Part shown: positions 8,993-20,700 of the stretch, one piece after another
How the letters are laid out: every line of letters starts with the position of its first letter
Position numbering within the stretch: position 1 is the stretch's first letter
NCBI GenBank assembly: GCA_019244185.1
Contig: JAFATB010000005.1
Coordinates: 1 to 64,000, forward strand
DNA: 64,000 bases
Direction of reading: 5' to 3'
DNA from: Acidobacteriota bacterium
GTDB lineage: Bacteria > Acidobacteriota > Thermoanaerobaculia > Gp7-AA8
Translations under genes and position numbers: made by a program
The notes under the pieces: generated by a model
What the model saw: only the letters and a program-made list of their open reading frames with translations
Told to the model about the DNA's origin: nothing
The model's database searches: none

Positions 8993-10915
8993 ATGCTCAA
9001 CTTACTCTGGCTCATCCCCCTCACCCCCTTCGCCGGCTTTCTGCTGAACGGACTGTTCGGCAAGCGCGCGGGCAAGGGGTTCGTGACGGCGGTGGCGATC
9101 CTCGCCTCGCTCGCCGCCGCGCTGCTCGGCACCGCGGCCGTGCTGCAGTACCACGGCGCGTATCCGAACGGCGCGCGCCACGTCGACCTCGTCTATAACT
9201 GGTTCTCCAGCGGCGGCATCGGCGCTGATATCGCCTTTCAGCTCGATCCGCTCTCCGTGATCATGCTGATGGTCGTGACGTGGGTCGGCTTCCTCATCCA
9301 CGTCTACTCCGTCGGCTACATGCACGAGGAAGAGGGTTACTGGCGCTACTTCGCCTACCTCAACCTCTTCCTCGCCGCGATGCTGATCCTGATTCTCGGG
9401 AGCAGCTATCTCTTCATGTTCGTCGGGTGGGAAGGCGTCGGCCTCTGCTCGTATCTCCTGATCGGCTTCTACTACACGACCGACTACGCGCCCGCCGCGG
9501 GAAAGAAAGCGTTCGTCGTCAACCGCATCGGCGACTTCGGCTTCCTCGTGGCGATGTTCCTCATGTTCGCGTACCTCGGCACCGTCGATTTTGCCGGCGT
9601 CCAACAGCGCGCGGCGGCCGGCGGCGTCGACGCGTCGATCCTCACCGCCATCTGCCTGCTCATGTTCCTCGGCGCGTGCGGCAAGTCTGCGCAGCTCCCT
9701 CTCTACGTCTGGCTGCCCGACGCGATGGCCGGACCGACGCCCGTCTCCGCGCTCATCCACGCCGCGACGATGGTCACCGCCGGCGTCTACATGATCGCGC
9801 GCTCCAACGTGCTCTATCGTCTCGCGCCGAACGCGATGATGGTCGTGGCCATCGTCGGCGGCCTCACGGCGCTCTTCGCCGCGACGATCGGCTTGAGGCA
9901 GTGGGACATCAAGAAAGTCCTCGCCTACTCCACCGTCTCGCAGCTCGGCTTCATGTTCATCGGCGTCGGCGTCGGCGCATTCAGCGCGGGCGTCTTCCAC
10001 CTCGTCACGCACGCGTTCTTCAAAGCCTGCCTCTTCCTCGGCTCCGGCTCCGTCATTCACGCGATGAGCGGCGAGCAGGACATCCGCAACATGGGCGGCC
10101 TGCGCGACAAGATCCCACAGACGTTCCGCACGTTCGCCATCGCCACATACGCGATCTCCGGCCTGCCGCTCGCGGCCGGCTTCTTCTCGAAGGACGAAGT
10201 CCTCGCCTCCGCGTGGGCCACGCCGTACTTCCCCGCGGTCGGCAAGCTCGTGTGGCTCCTCGGCACGCTGGCCGCCTTCTGCACGGCCTTCTACATGTAT
10301 CGCCTGCTGTACCTCACGTTCTACGGAAAGTTCCGCGGCACGCACGAGCAGGAACATCACCTCCACGAGTCGCCGGCCACGATGACCGGGCCGCTGTGGA
10401 TCCTGGCGATTCTCTCCGCCATCGGCGGACTGCTCTCGCTGCCGGAAGGCATCTGGCACGGACCGAGTCTCGCCTCGTGGCTCGCGCCGATCGTCCCCGA
10501 AGTCGAGGGCGCGCATCACATCATCGAGATTCCGATGGCGCAGGAGCTGACCGTCGCCGTGATCTCGACGATCGTCGCGGTCCTCGGCTGGTGGGTCGCG
10601 CGCAGCCTGTACAAAGAGAAGCAGCTCGCCTCCGACGCGATGCTCGAGCAGCGCGCGCCGGGACTCGCACGCGCGATCGAGAACAAGTGGTACGTCGACG
10701 AGTTCTACGCGGCGACGGTGGTCCGTCCGCTGGCGGGGCTCTCGCGCTTCTTCTGGCGCGGCGTCGACGCGGTCATCGACGGCATCGCGGCGATGCTCGG
10801 CTTCATCGTGCGCGGCATCGGCGATCTGCTGCGCTTCTTCCAGACCGGCAACGTGCGCAACTACGCGCTCATGTTCTTTCTCGGCGTGGTCGTCTTCATC
10901 GCATTCTTCGTGTAA
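8993..10915 (+). CDS. nuoL: NADH-quinone oxidoreductase subunit L
   Basis: GWEGVGLCSYLLIGF, GKSAQLPLYVWLPDAMAGPTPVSALIHAATMV and HAFFKA. Confidence 0.97.
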   Translation: MLNLLWLIPLTPFAGFLLNGLFGKRAGKGFVTAVAILASLAAALLGTAAVLQYHGAYPNGARHVDLVYNWFSSGGIGADIAFQLDPLSVIMLMVVTWVGFLIHVYSVGYMHEEEGYWRYFAYLNLFLAAMLILILGSSYLFMFVGWEGVGLCSYLLIGFYYTTDYAPAAGKKAFVVNRIGDFGFLVAMFLMFAYLGTVDFAGVQQRAAAGGVDASILTAICLLMFLGACGKSAQLPLYVWLPDAMAGPTPVSALIHAATMVTAGVYMIARSNVLYRLAPNAMMVVAIVGGLTALFAATIGLRQWDIKKVLAYSTVSQLGFMFIGVGVGAFSAGVFHLVTHAFFKACLFLGSGSVIHAMSGEQDIRNMGGLRDKIPQTFRTFAIATYAISGLPLAAGFFSKDEVLASAWATPYFPAVGKLVWLLGTLAAFCTAFYMYRLLYLTFYGKFRGTHEQEHHLHESPATMTGPLWILAILSAIGGLLSLPEGIWHGPSLASWLAPIVPEVEGAHHIIEIPMAQELTVAVISTIVAVLGWWVARSLYKEKQLASDAMLEQRAPGLARAIENKWYVDEFYAATVVRPLAGLSRFFWRGVDAVIDGIAAMLGFIVRGIGDLLRFFQTGNVRNYALMFFLGVVVFIAFFV

Positions 10916-10924
10916 GGGCTCGTA

Positions 10925-12489
<1,565 letters not shown>

Positions 12490-12493
<4 letters not shown>

Positions 12494-13950
12494 CCCTCCA
12501 TCCGCTCCTCGAGCCGGGCTGGGTGCAGGCCATCCTGCCGGAGCTCATCCTCTCCGCCGGCGGCATGCTGCTGATCCTCGTCGACGCGTTCCTGCCGCGC
12601 ATCAAGGGGATCCTGGCGCCGCTCGCGCTGCTGCTCTTCATCGCGGCCGCGTGGGCGGAGGCGCTCATCAGCCGCGGCGGGATCTACTTCGGCGGGACGT
12701 ACGAGATGAGCCCGATCACGGCGCTCTTCGATCTCACGTTCCTCCTCGCCGGCATGCTGGCGGTGCTCTTCGCGCGCGAGTACCTCGAACGCGAGAACAT
12801 GGAGGGCGGCGAGTTCTACGCGCTGCTGCTGTGGGGCACGGTCGGCATGATGATGATGGCCAAGGGACTCGATCTCCTGCTCATCGTCCTCGGCCTGGAG
12901 ATCCTCTCGATCTGCATCTTCGTGCTCGTCGGCTACAACCGCCGCGCCCCGGTGTCGAACGAAGCCTCGCTCAAGTACTTCCTCATGGGCGCGTTCGCGA
13001 CCGGCTTCATCCTCTACGGCACCGCGCTCTTTTACGGCGCGACGCAGTCGACGAACATCGGCGTGATGACGCGCTGGTTCAGCGGCGCGCAGTCGACGCC
13101 GCTCCTCACCGTCGCCTTCGTGCTGCTGATGTCGGGCTTCGGCTTCAAGCTCGCGCTCGCACCGTTCCATCCGTGGGCGCCGGACGTCTACCAGGGCGCG
13201 CCGACGCCGGTCGCGGGCTGGCTCTCCGTCGCGCCGAAAGCCGCGACTTTGATCGCACTCGTGCGTCTGTTCAATGCAATGGGACCGATGCTGCCGAAGG
13301 TGTCGTGGATGTCGATGGTGGCCGCGCTGTCGACCCTCTCGATGATCGTCGGCAACGCCGTGGCCATCGTGCAGCGCGATTTGAAGCGCATGCTCGCCTA
13401 CTCCGGCATCGCGCACGTCGGTTACATGACCATCGCCATGCTCACCGTGCGCGACGACTCCGTCGCCGCGATCACGGTCTACACGATCGTCTACGCGCTG
13501 ATGAACATCGGCGCGTTCGGCGTTGTCTCGCTGCTGACGAAGAACGAGAACGATCCGCACACGCTCGACGACATCGCGGGGCTCGGCTTCCGCCGCAAGT
13601 TCTACGGCTTCGCGCTGGCGATCTGCATGTTCTCACTCTCGGGACTGCCGCCGACGGCCGGCTTCATCGCGAAGTTCTACATCTTCAAAACGGCTATCGA
13701 GTCGGGACACACGACCGTGGCGCTGGTCGGTATCCTCACCAGCATCACCTCGGTCTACTACTACCTGCGCGTCGTGTACTACCTCTACATGAAGGAGCCG
13801 GCGGAAGGCTCGACGCCGGCGATGTTCGGCGGCATCTTCGCCACCGGCGCGCTGACGATCGCGATCATCGGCATCCTCGGCATCGGCATCTTCCCCGCGC
13901 AGCTCTTCCAGGCGGCGGGGAACGCAGCACGGATTCTCCTGCGCCAGTAA
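12490..13950 (+). CDS. nuoN: NADH-quinone oxidoreductase subunit N
   Basis: EASLKYF, FKLALAPFHPWAPDVYQGAPT, KRMLAYSGIAH and GLPPTAGFIAKF. Confidence 0.96.
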
Positions 13951-13963
13951 GTCATCCGCTCGC

Positions 13964-14629
13964 ATGGGACGCACCGCGAACTCGGACCGCGAAGGCATCT
14001 CGGAACTGACCACCGGTCGGTTATCCGTCTACCTCCGCTGCCTGACGTTCCTCGAGTCGCAGGGACAGAAGACCGTCTCCTCACACGAGCTCGCGGAGAA
14101 GTTCCATCTCAACTCCGCGCAGATCCGCAAGGACCTCGCGTGCTTCGGCGAGTTCGGCACGCGCGGCGTCGGCTATGACGTCTCGCGCCTGCGCCGGCAG
14201 CTCGTGGAGACGCTCGGCATCGATCGCGTGCGCAATGCCATCATCGTCGGCGCCGGCAACCTCGGCATGGCGCTCGCCGACTACGCGGGCTTCAACAGCA
14301 ACGGCTTTCACATTGTGGCGATGCTCGACACCGACGCGTCGAAGACCGGCAAGACATCGCGGCAAGGCATCCCCGTGGTGGCGTGGGAGCGCCTCGGCGA
14401 GCTCGTGCGCCGCAACCGCGTCGACATCGGCATCATCGCCGTTCCCGGCGAGCACGCGCAGCACGTCTACGACGCGCTCGCCGACGCCGGCGTCCTCGCC
14501 GTGCTGAACTTCGCGCCGGTGCAGATCCGCCTGCGCCACGGCGTGAAGGTAAAGTCGGTCGACCTGCGCATCAACCTCGAGTCGCTGTCCTTTCATTTGA
14601 AGAATGTCGAAGACGGCGTGATCGCCTAG
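13964..14629 (+). CDS. rex: Redox-sensing transcriptional repressor Rex
   Basis: RLSVYLR, SAQIRKDLACFGEFGTRGVGY (winged helix), IVGAGNLG (NADH Rossmann) and LNFAP. Confidence 0.95.
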   Translation: MGRTANSDREGISELTTGRLSVYLRCLTFLESQGQKTVSSHELAEKFHLNSAQIRKDLACFGEFGTRGVGYDVSRLRRQLVETLGIDRVRNAIIVGAGNLGMALADYAGFNSNGFHIVAMLDTDASKTGKTSRQGIPVVAWERLGELVRRNRVDIGIIAVPGEHAQHVYDALADAGVLAVLNFAPVQIRLRHGVKVKSVDLRINLESLSFHLKNVEDGVIA

Positions 14630-14660
14630 CGCTCGCGCGTAATTGATAGACTGCGCGACC

Positions 14661-15092
14661 ATGAAAATCAAACGCAACGCATCCGCGCAGTGGAACGGCG
14701 GACTCAAAGACGGCAAGGGCACCATCTCGACCGCGAGCGGCGTGCTCCGCGACACGCAGTACTCGTTCTCGACGCGCTTCGAGGACGGCATCGGCACGAA
14801 CCCCGAGGAGCTGATTGCGGCGGCGCACGCCGGCTGCTTCTCGATGGCGCTGTCGGGACAGCTCACGAACGCGGGCAAGCCGCCGGAGAGCATCCGCACG
14901 ACGGCGAACCTCACCATGGAGAAGACCGATGCCGGCTTCACCGTGACGGCCATTCATCTCGACGTCACCGCGCGTGTGCCGGGCATCGATCAGGCGGCCT
15001 TCGACACGGCCGCGCAGAACGCGAAAGCGGGCTGCCCGATCTCGCGTCTGCTGAAGACCGAGATCACGATGGACGCGAAGCTCGAGTCGTAG
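14661..15092 (+). CDS. osmC: OsmC family peroxiredoxin
   Basis: FSTRFEDGIGTNPEELIAAAHAGCFSMAL and AKAGCPIS; start trimmed to ATG at 14661. Confidence 0.93.
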   Translation: MKIKRNASAQWNGGLKDGKGTISTASGVLRDTQYSFSTRFEDGIGTNPEELIAAAHAGCFSMALSGQLTNAGKPPESIRTTANLTMEKTDAGFTVTAIHLDVTARVPGIDQAAFDTAAQNAKAGCPISRLLKTEITMDAKLES

Positions 15093-15127
15093 AGCGGCCG
15101 TAGAGCGGCGCGGTCGGCGCGCGCGCT

Positions 15128-17011
15128 CTACTCGGCTTTCTGCACGAACTGCATGCTCGGGTCGTTGGTCGTGTTGTCCGTCGTCGCGCCGTAGACGAAT
15201 GCACTGCCGCGGGTGACCGTGATGGCGATGCTCTCGCCGCCGGTGAGCGTGTAGTCGAGGAACATCGCCGAGCCGGGCTGCGTGAAGAACGTCGGATCGT
15301 AGCTCTGCGTCGTGGTCTGCACGACGACGCCGTTCTTGTCGCGCACGACGATGGCCATGTCCACGCCCTGCTCGAGCGTGCGCACGCCGATGTTGAGGCG
15401 GAAGTGCGTGAAGTCGGGCGGCGCGATCAGCGTCGCCGTCTCACCGGTCTGCAGCGCGTCTTCGGGACGAAGCTGCGGCTCGGTGAGACCGGTCGTGCCG
15501 TTCGCGCCCGCGTCATTGAAGACACGCACGGCGCTGATCGGCAGCAGCGAGCCGGCATCGGAGACGATCTCGCCCGTGCCGAGGCCGCTGAGGCCTCCCA
15601 TCGCGGGCAGGAGGTCGTCCCACTGAAGCGTCTGACCCGGTTCGAGCGCGTACGCGAGGAACGGATCGTTGTCGCTGCCGCTCGCGCCAGCGGGGTGATA
15701 GACGATGCGGCCGGAGATCGCGGACGCGTGCGGGTTGTGGATCTGCACGCCGGTGCGGAAGAACGAGCCGAAGTTGCCGGGCGTCGAGCCAATGACGGCG
15801 AGGATGCGCTTCGCGGACGGCGTGATCGCGGGTGCGTTGATGAAGACGGAGACGACAGGCGACGCCGCGGACGTGAGGTCGCACGTGCCGGCGCGATTGC
15901 GCGCGCGGACGCGGTAGTAGTAGCGCGTGTCGGTCGTGACCGCGTGCATGAACGACGCGAGCGCTTCCGCGGTCGTCGTCGTGGTCACCGACGTGAAGTC
16001 GGCGTCGGTCGACTCGTCGATGACGTACTCGGTGGCTTGATCGATCGGCAGCCACGAGAGCGTGTACGCCGCGCCGCTGTCGACGCTCGTCGCGGGACCG
16101 GCCGGCTGCGGCGCGGCGGGCGTGGCGCAGTTCGACGTCGGCTCCTGCACGCGCACCGTGGCGGTGTCGCTCGCGCCGCCCGCGCTCTGCGGAAGCGTCG
16201 CGGTGATCGTCGTGGTGCCGGGTGCGACCGGCGATGCGGTAAAGCTGACCGACTTCACGCCCGCGGGGATGTTCACGGTCGCGGGCACGGTGGCGGCGGA
16301 AGGGTTCGACGACGTCAGCGTCACGGTCGTCGACGACGTGAGCGCGGCGCTCAGCTTGAGCGTGATCATCCCGCCACTGCTGCCGGTGAGGATGTTCTGG
16401 TTCGACGGCGTCAGCGACACCGTCGGAAAGCTGACGTTGATCGCGCCGTTGACGAGGTGCAGCTGGCCGTTTCCTACGGTTTCTTTAGTAGCCGCGCTGC
16501 CGCCCGCGTCGGTGAGCTGCGTGAGCGACGAATCGAGCGTCAGCGTGATCGTCGAGCCGGGCGTCGCCGACGCGGAGAGCGTCACGACGAGATGCGCGAC
16601 CTGATTGCCCGGGGCGGCGGCGTTCAGCGTGAACGGAATGGGATTCGTCGACTCCTGAAACGTGTCGAGGAGCGACACGGAGTTCGACGTGGCCGGCGTG
16701 AACTCGGAGGTCGGCGTGAGGTTCGCCGTGATGCCCGCGCGTGAGAACGAGATCGACGAGATCGCGCTCGTTGGCGCGTACGTCACCTTGATGCTGTACG
16801 ACTGGATCTTCGAGCCGGCGGGACGATCCATGCCCAGCGGCGTGCCGGAGACGTCGCGGATGTACACCGGGACGTCGACCGTCGAGCCGCTCGCGGAGAC
16901 GGTACCGACCGTCACCACGTCCTGGGCGCGGACCGCGCTCGCGGATACCACCGCGAGCGCGGCAAGAAAGAACGAGCGAACTACTACGAGGAACCGGGGC
17001 TTTGTCATCAC
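15128..17011 (-). CDS. Secreted multidomain protein: signal peptide, cohesin-like domain, Ig-like domain, Fn3-like domain, about 230-aa C-terminal beta domain
   Basis: Signal peptide ending AVRA; QDVVTVGTVSASGSTVDVPVYIRD...LVNGAINV (cohesin-like); LSW..YYYRVRARN (Fn3-like); ends GATTDNTTNDPSMQF. Confidence 0.75.
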   Translation of the reverse strand: MMTKPRFLVVVRSFFLAALAVVSASAVRAQDVVTVGTVSASGSTVDVPVYIRDVSGTPLGMDRPAGSKIQSYSIKVTYAPTSAISSISFSRAGITANLTPTSEFTPATSNSVSLLDTFQESTNPIPFTLNAAAPGNQVAHLVVTLSASATPGSTITLTLDSSLTQLTDAGGSAATKETVGNGQLHLVNGAINVSFPTVSLTPSNQNILTGSSGGMITLKLSAALTSSTTVTLTSSNPSAATVPATVNIPAGVKSVSFTASPVAPGTTTITATLPQSAGGASDTATVRVQEPTSNCATPAAPQPAGPATSVDSGAAYTLSWLPIDQATEYVIDESTDADFTSVTTTTTAEALASFMHAVTTDTRYYYRVRARNRAGTCDLTSAASPVVSVFINAPAITPSAKRILAVIGSTPGNFGSFFRTGVQIHNPHASAISGRIVYHPAGASGSDNDPFLAYALEPGQTLQWDDLLPAMGGLSGLGTGEIVSDAGSLLPISAVRVFNDAGANGTTGLTEPQLRPEDALQTGETATLIAPPDFTHFRLNIGVRTLEQGVDMAIVVRDKNGVVVQTTTQSYDPTFFTQPGSAMFLDYTLTGGESIAITVTRGSAFVYGATTDNTTNDPSMQFVQKAE

Positions 17012-17041
17012 CGTACCTGGGGCAAACCGGGTGGAAGCGAA

Positions 17042-17722
17042 TCAGAATTTCAAACGCAGTGCAGCCACGGCCAGTGCCGCGGCGAGCAGGCCGAGCGCCC
17101 ACGTGCTGAGCGTGGGTGCGGTCGGCGCGAACGGAGCCGTCACCGTGACGGATCCCGGAACGACGGCCAGCGTGCCGCCGGCCGTGGTCTCACTCGTGGT
17201 TCCCGCCTGATTCGACAGCTGCGTGAGCGTGGCGTCGATCGTGAGCGGTACGACGAAACCGGCAGGCGTGGACGGAGCGAACGTGAAGTTCACCTGCCCG
17301 ATCTGATTGCCGGGCAACGCGGCGTTGGAGGTGAACGGAATGAGGTTCGTCGGCTCGAAGAACGACGCGATGAGCGTCGTCGAGCCGGGCGACGTCGGGT
17401 TGCTCTCGAACAGCGGCGTGAGCGGCGCGGTGATGCCGGCGCGCGTGAACGTCACGTTGGTGATGTTCGGCGACGTCGGGAAATCGACCTTGATGCTGAA
17501 CGCCTGGATACGCGACCCAGACGGCTGATCGATGCCGAGCGGCGTGCCGGAGGTGTCTCGGATGTACACCGGCACCGAGACCGTCGGGCCGGTGCCGCTC
17601 ACCGTGCCGACGGTGACGACGTCCTGCAGGACCTGCGCGTGGGCGGGTGCGGTCAGAAGACCGCACACCGCCACGAGCGCGAATGACAGGCGAAGAAGCG
17701 TTTGCACTCGAAGTTTCATCAT
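17042..17722 (-). CDS. Small cohesin-like protein with signal peptide and IPTL-CTERM-type C-terminal anchor
   Basis: Signal peptide ending AHA; domain closely paralogous to the N-terminal domain of 15128..17011; C-terminus APTLSTWALGLLAAALAVAALRLKF. Confidence 0.78.
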   Translation of the reverse strand: MMKLRVQTLLRLSFALVAVCGLLTAPAHAQVLQDVVTVGTVSGTGPTVSVPVYIRDTSGTPLGIDQPSGSRIQAFSIKVDFPTSPNITNVTFTRAGITAPLTPLFESNPTSPGSTTLIASFFEPTNLIPFTSNAALPGNQIGQVNFTFAPSTPAGFVVPLTIDATLTQLSNQAGTTSETTAGGTLAVVPGSVTVTAPFAPTAPTLSTWALGLLAAALAVAALRLKF

Positions 17723-17747
17723 TGCGTTCGTTTCACTTCACTTCGTT

Positions 17748-20700
17748 CTACTGTACTTGCGGCGAGGCCGGACGGCGCCCGCCGTTGTTGCCGGCGAGCT
17801 CCGTCCCGTGAATCTCGAGCGTGCCCGCGGCCACCGTGGCCTTGTGCGCGCCGAGGTCGGAGAGCATGGAGAGGTTCGCGTCGATGGAGAGGCGGCCGCC
17901 GGTGGCGCCGGCGAGCTCGATCTCCGCGACCACGCCGCGTCCCGCGCCCGTGAGCAGGCTGCCGTTGCGGCCGTCGAGGGCGAGGAGATACGCGGTGCCG
18001 TCGGCCGTCGGACGCGACACTTCAAAGATCGGAGACTGCGCGGAGACCGCGGCGGTGCGGCGGACGGCGACGATGTTGCCGGCGCCTTCGAGGCGGAGCT
18101 TGAGCGCGATCGCGAGCGGCTCGATGGTGGAGCCCGGCGCCGAGGTCACGATGACCGGCACGAACGTCCTGCCCTCGCGCACGACCGGCGCGCCGAGGCG
18201 GATGCCGCCGGCGAGCGTCTCGTGCGATGCGCTCGTGGAGACGCGCGGGTTCGACGGCGTGGACATCGGCTGCGGTCCGCCGAGGAAGAGGTAGTTCACG
18301 ACGTAGAAGATGTCGGCCGGATCGACCACGCCGTCACCGTTCGCGTCGCCGGAGAGCATGCCCGCGGCACCGCGCGGCGGCAGGCCGCCGTCGAAGAGGT
18401 AGTTGACGAGATAGAAGATGTCGGACGGATCGATCGAGTTGTCGCCGTTCGCGTCGAACTGCTGCAGGACGTAGGTGAAGGCGTTGCTCAGGCTGCCAGT
18501 CGACGTGTCGGTGTTCGTCACGGTGACGGTCACCGAGCCGACGGCGTGTGCCGGCGTGACGGCGGTGATCGTCGTGGCGTTCACGACGACGACGGAGGTC
18601 GCCGCCGTACCGCCGAACGTCACGGTCGCGCCGCTGGCGAAGCCGGTGCCGGTGATCGTGACCGGGCTGCCGCCGTTGTGCGTGCCGGTGTTCGGCGAGA
18701 CGTTCGTGACGGTGACGGTCGATGCGACCGCCGTGACGGTGACGTTCGCGGAGCTGTTCGCGCTGCAGTTCGAACCGCTGGTCACGGTGACGCCGAGCGT
18801 CATCGTGCCGGCGGCGCCGGCGGTGAAGTTCACCGTGCGGCCGGAGTTGCTGCCGTTGATGGTGCCGTTGGTGATCGTCCACGCGTACGACGCGCCGAGG
18901 CCGGCGTCAGGCACGGAGGCGCTGCCCGCCGCAGCGGCCGCGATGCTGCCCGGCGCGGTGATGGTCGCGTCGGGATTCATGTTGACGGTGACGGTAACGG
19001 TGGCCGACGCGTTGCTCGGGCAGTTATTGCCGTCGGTGACGACGACCGTGTAGTCACCCGACTGCGAGGCGATGTACGTGTTGCCCGTGGCACCCGTGAT
19101 GTCGGAGCCGTTGAGGCGCCACTGGTTGCCGGTCGCGCTGTTGGACGTCAGCGTGACGCTGCCGCCCGTGCAGAACGTGGTTGCGCCGCCCGGCGTGATG
19201 GTGGGCGTGTTCGGCAGCGGGTTGACGGTGACGTTCACCGCGGCGGACGGGCTGCTCGCGCAGCTGCCGTTCGTCACGACGACCGTGTACGCGCCGCCCT
19301 GCGACGTCACGACGTAGGTGTTGCTCGTGGCGCCCGAGATGTCGGAGCCATTGAGACGCCACTGGTTGCCGGTGGCGCTGCTCGACGTCAGCGTGACGCT
19401 GCCGCCGGCGCAGTACGTGGTCGGGCCGTCCGGCGTCGCGGTCGGCGTCGCCGGGACCGGGTTGACGGTGACGGTCACCGCAGCCGACGGGTTGCTCGCG
19501 CAGCTGTTGCCGTCAGTGACGACGACCGTGTACGCGCCGCCCTGCGTCGTAACGACGTAAGTGTTGTTCGTCGCGCCGACGATGTCGGAGCCGTTGAGGC
19601 GCCACTGGTTGCCGGTCGGGCTGTTGGACGTCAGCGTGACGCTGCCGCCCGTGCAGTACGTGGTCGGGCCGTCCGGCGTCGCGGTCGGCGTGGCCGGCAG
19701 CGGATTGACGGTGACGTTCACCGCGCTCGACGGGCTGCTCGCGCAGCTGCCGTTGCTGACGACGACCGTGTACGCACCGCCCTGCGTCGTGACGACGTAG
19801 GTGTTGTTCGTCGCGCCGACGATGTCGGAGCCGTTGAGGCGCCACTGGTTGCCGGTCGCGCTGCTCGACGTCAGCGTGACGCTGCCGCCGGTGCAGTACG
19901 TGGTCGGGCCGTCCGGCGTCGCGGTCGGCGTCGACGGAATCGGGTTGACGGTGACGTTGACCGCCGCCGACGGGTTGCTCGCGCAGCTGTTGCCGTCAGT
20001 CACGACGACCGTGTACGCGCCGCCCTGCGTGGTAACGACGTAGGTGTTGTTCGTCGCGCCGACGATGTCGGAGCCGTTGAGGCGCCACTGGTTGCCGGTC
20101 GCGCTGCTCGACGTCAGCGTGACGCTGCCGCCGGTGCAGTACGAGGTCGGACCGTCCGGGGTCGCGGTCGGCGTGGCCGGCAGCGGGTTCTCCGTGACGA
20201 TCTGCGGGTTCGACATCGCGCTGAGGCAGCCGCTCGACGTCACCTGGACGGTGTAGCTGCCGGCGGTGCCGGCCGCGTACGTCTGGTTGGTCGCGCCGAC
20301 GATGGCCGTTCCCTCGAGGTACCACTGGTTGCCGGTGGCGCTGCTGGACGTGAGAGTCGTGGTGGTGCCGGTGCAGAAGGCGGTGCCGCCGGTGATGGAC
20401 GGCGTCGCGACGACGAGGATGGGCACGTCAACGCTCGTCGCGGCCTCGCAGCCGGAGGCGACCGTCGTGGTGAGCGTGAGATGCACGTTGCCGCTCGCGC
20501 CCGCGGTGTACGTCACGGTCTGCGACGTCGCGCCGCCCGTGATCGTGCCGTTGGCGATGGCCCACGCGTACGAGGTCGCGCCGGCCGGGCCGTCGGCGGT
20601 ATTGCCAGTCGAGCTCGAGCACACCTGCGCGGACGCGGGCGTCACCGACGGAGGCGTGGTCGTGGAGCAGTCATTGAGCTGATAGCAGACCGTGACGTCG

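Noticed and set aside
15090-15130. Short TAGAGCGGC direct repeat and hairpin between osmC and the cohesin-like gene as an insertion scar
   Set aside because: Better explained as a GC-rich hairpin between convergent genes; too short to support a target-site duplication.
18981-20411. Possible CRISPR array or mobile repeat
   Set aside because: Period is 240/243 bp, in frame and protein-coding, with no unique spacers and no cas genes.
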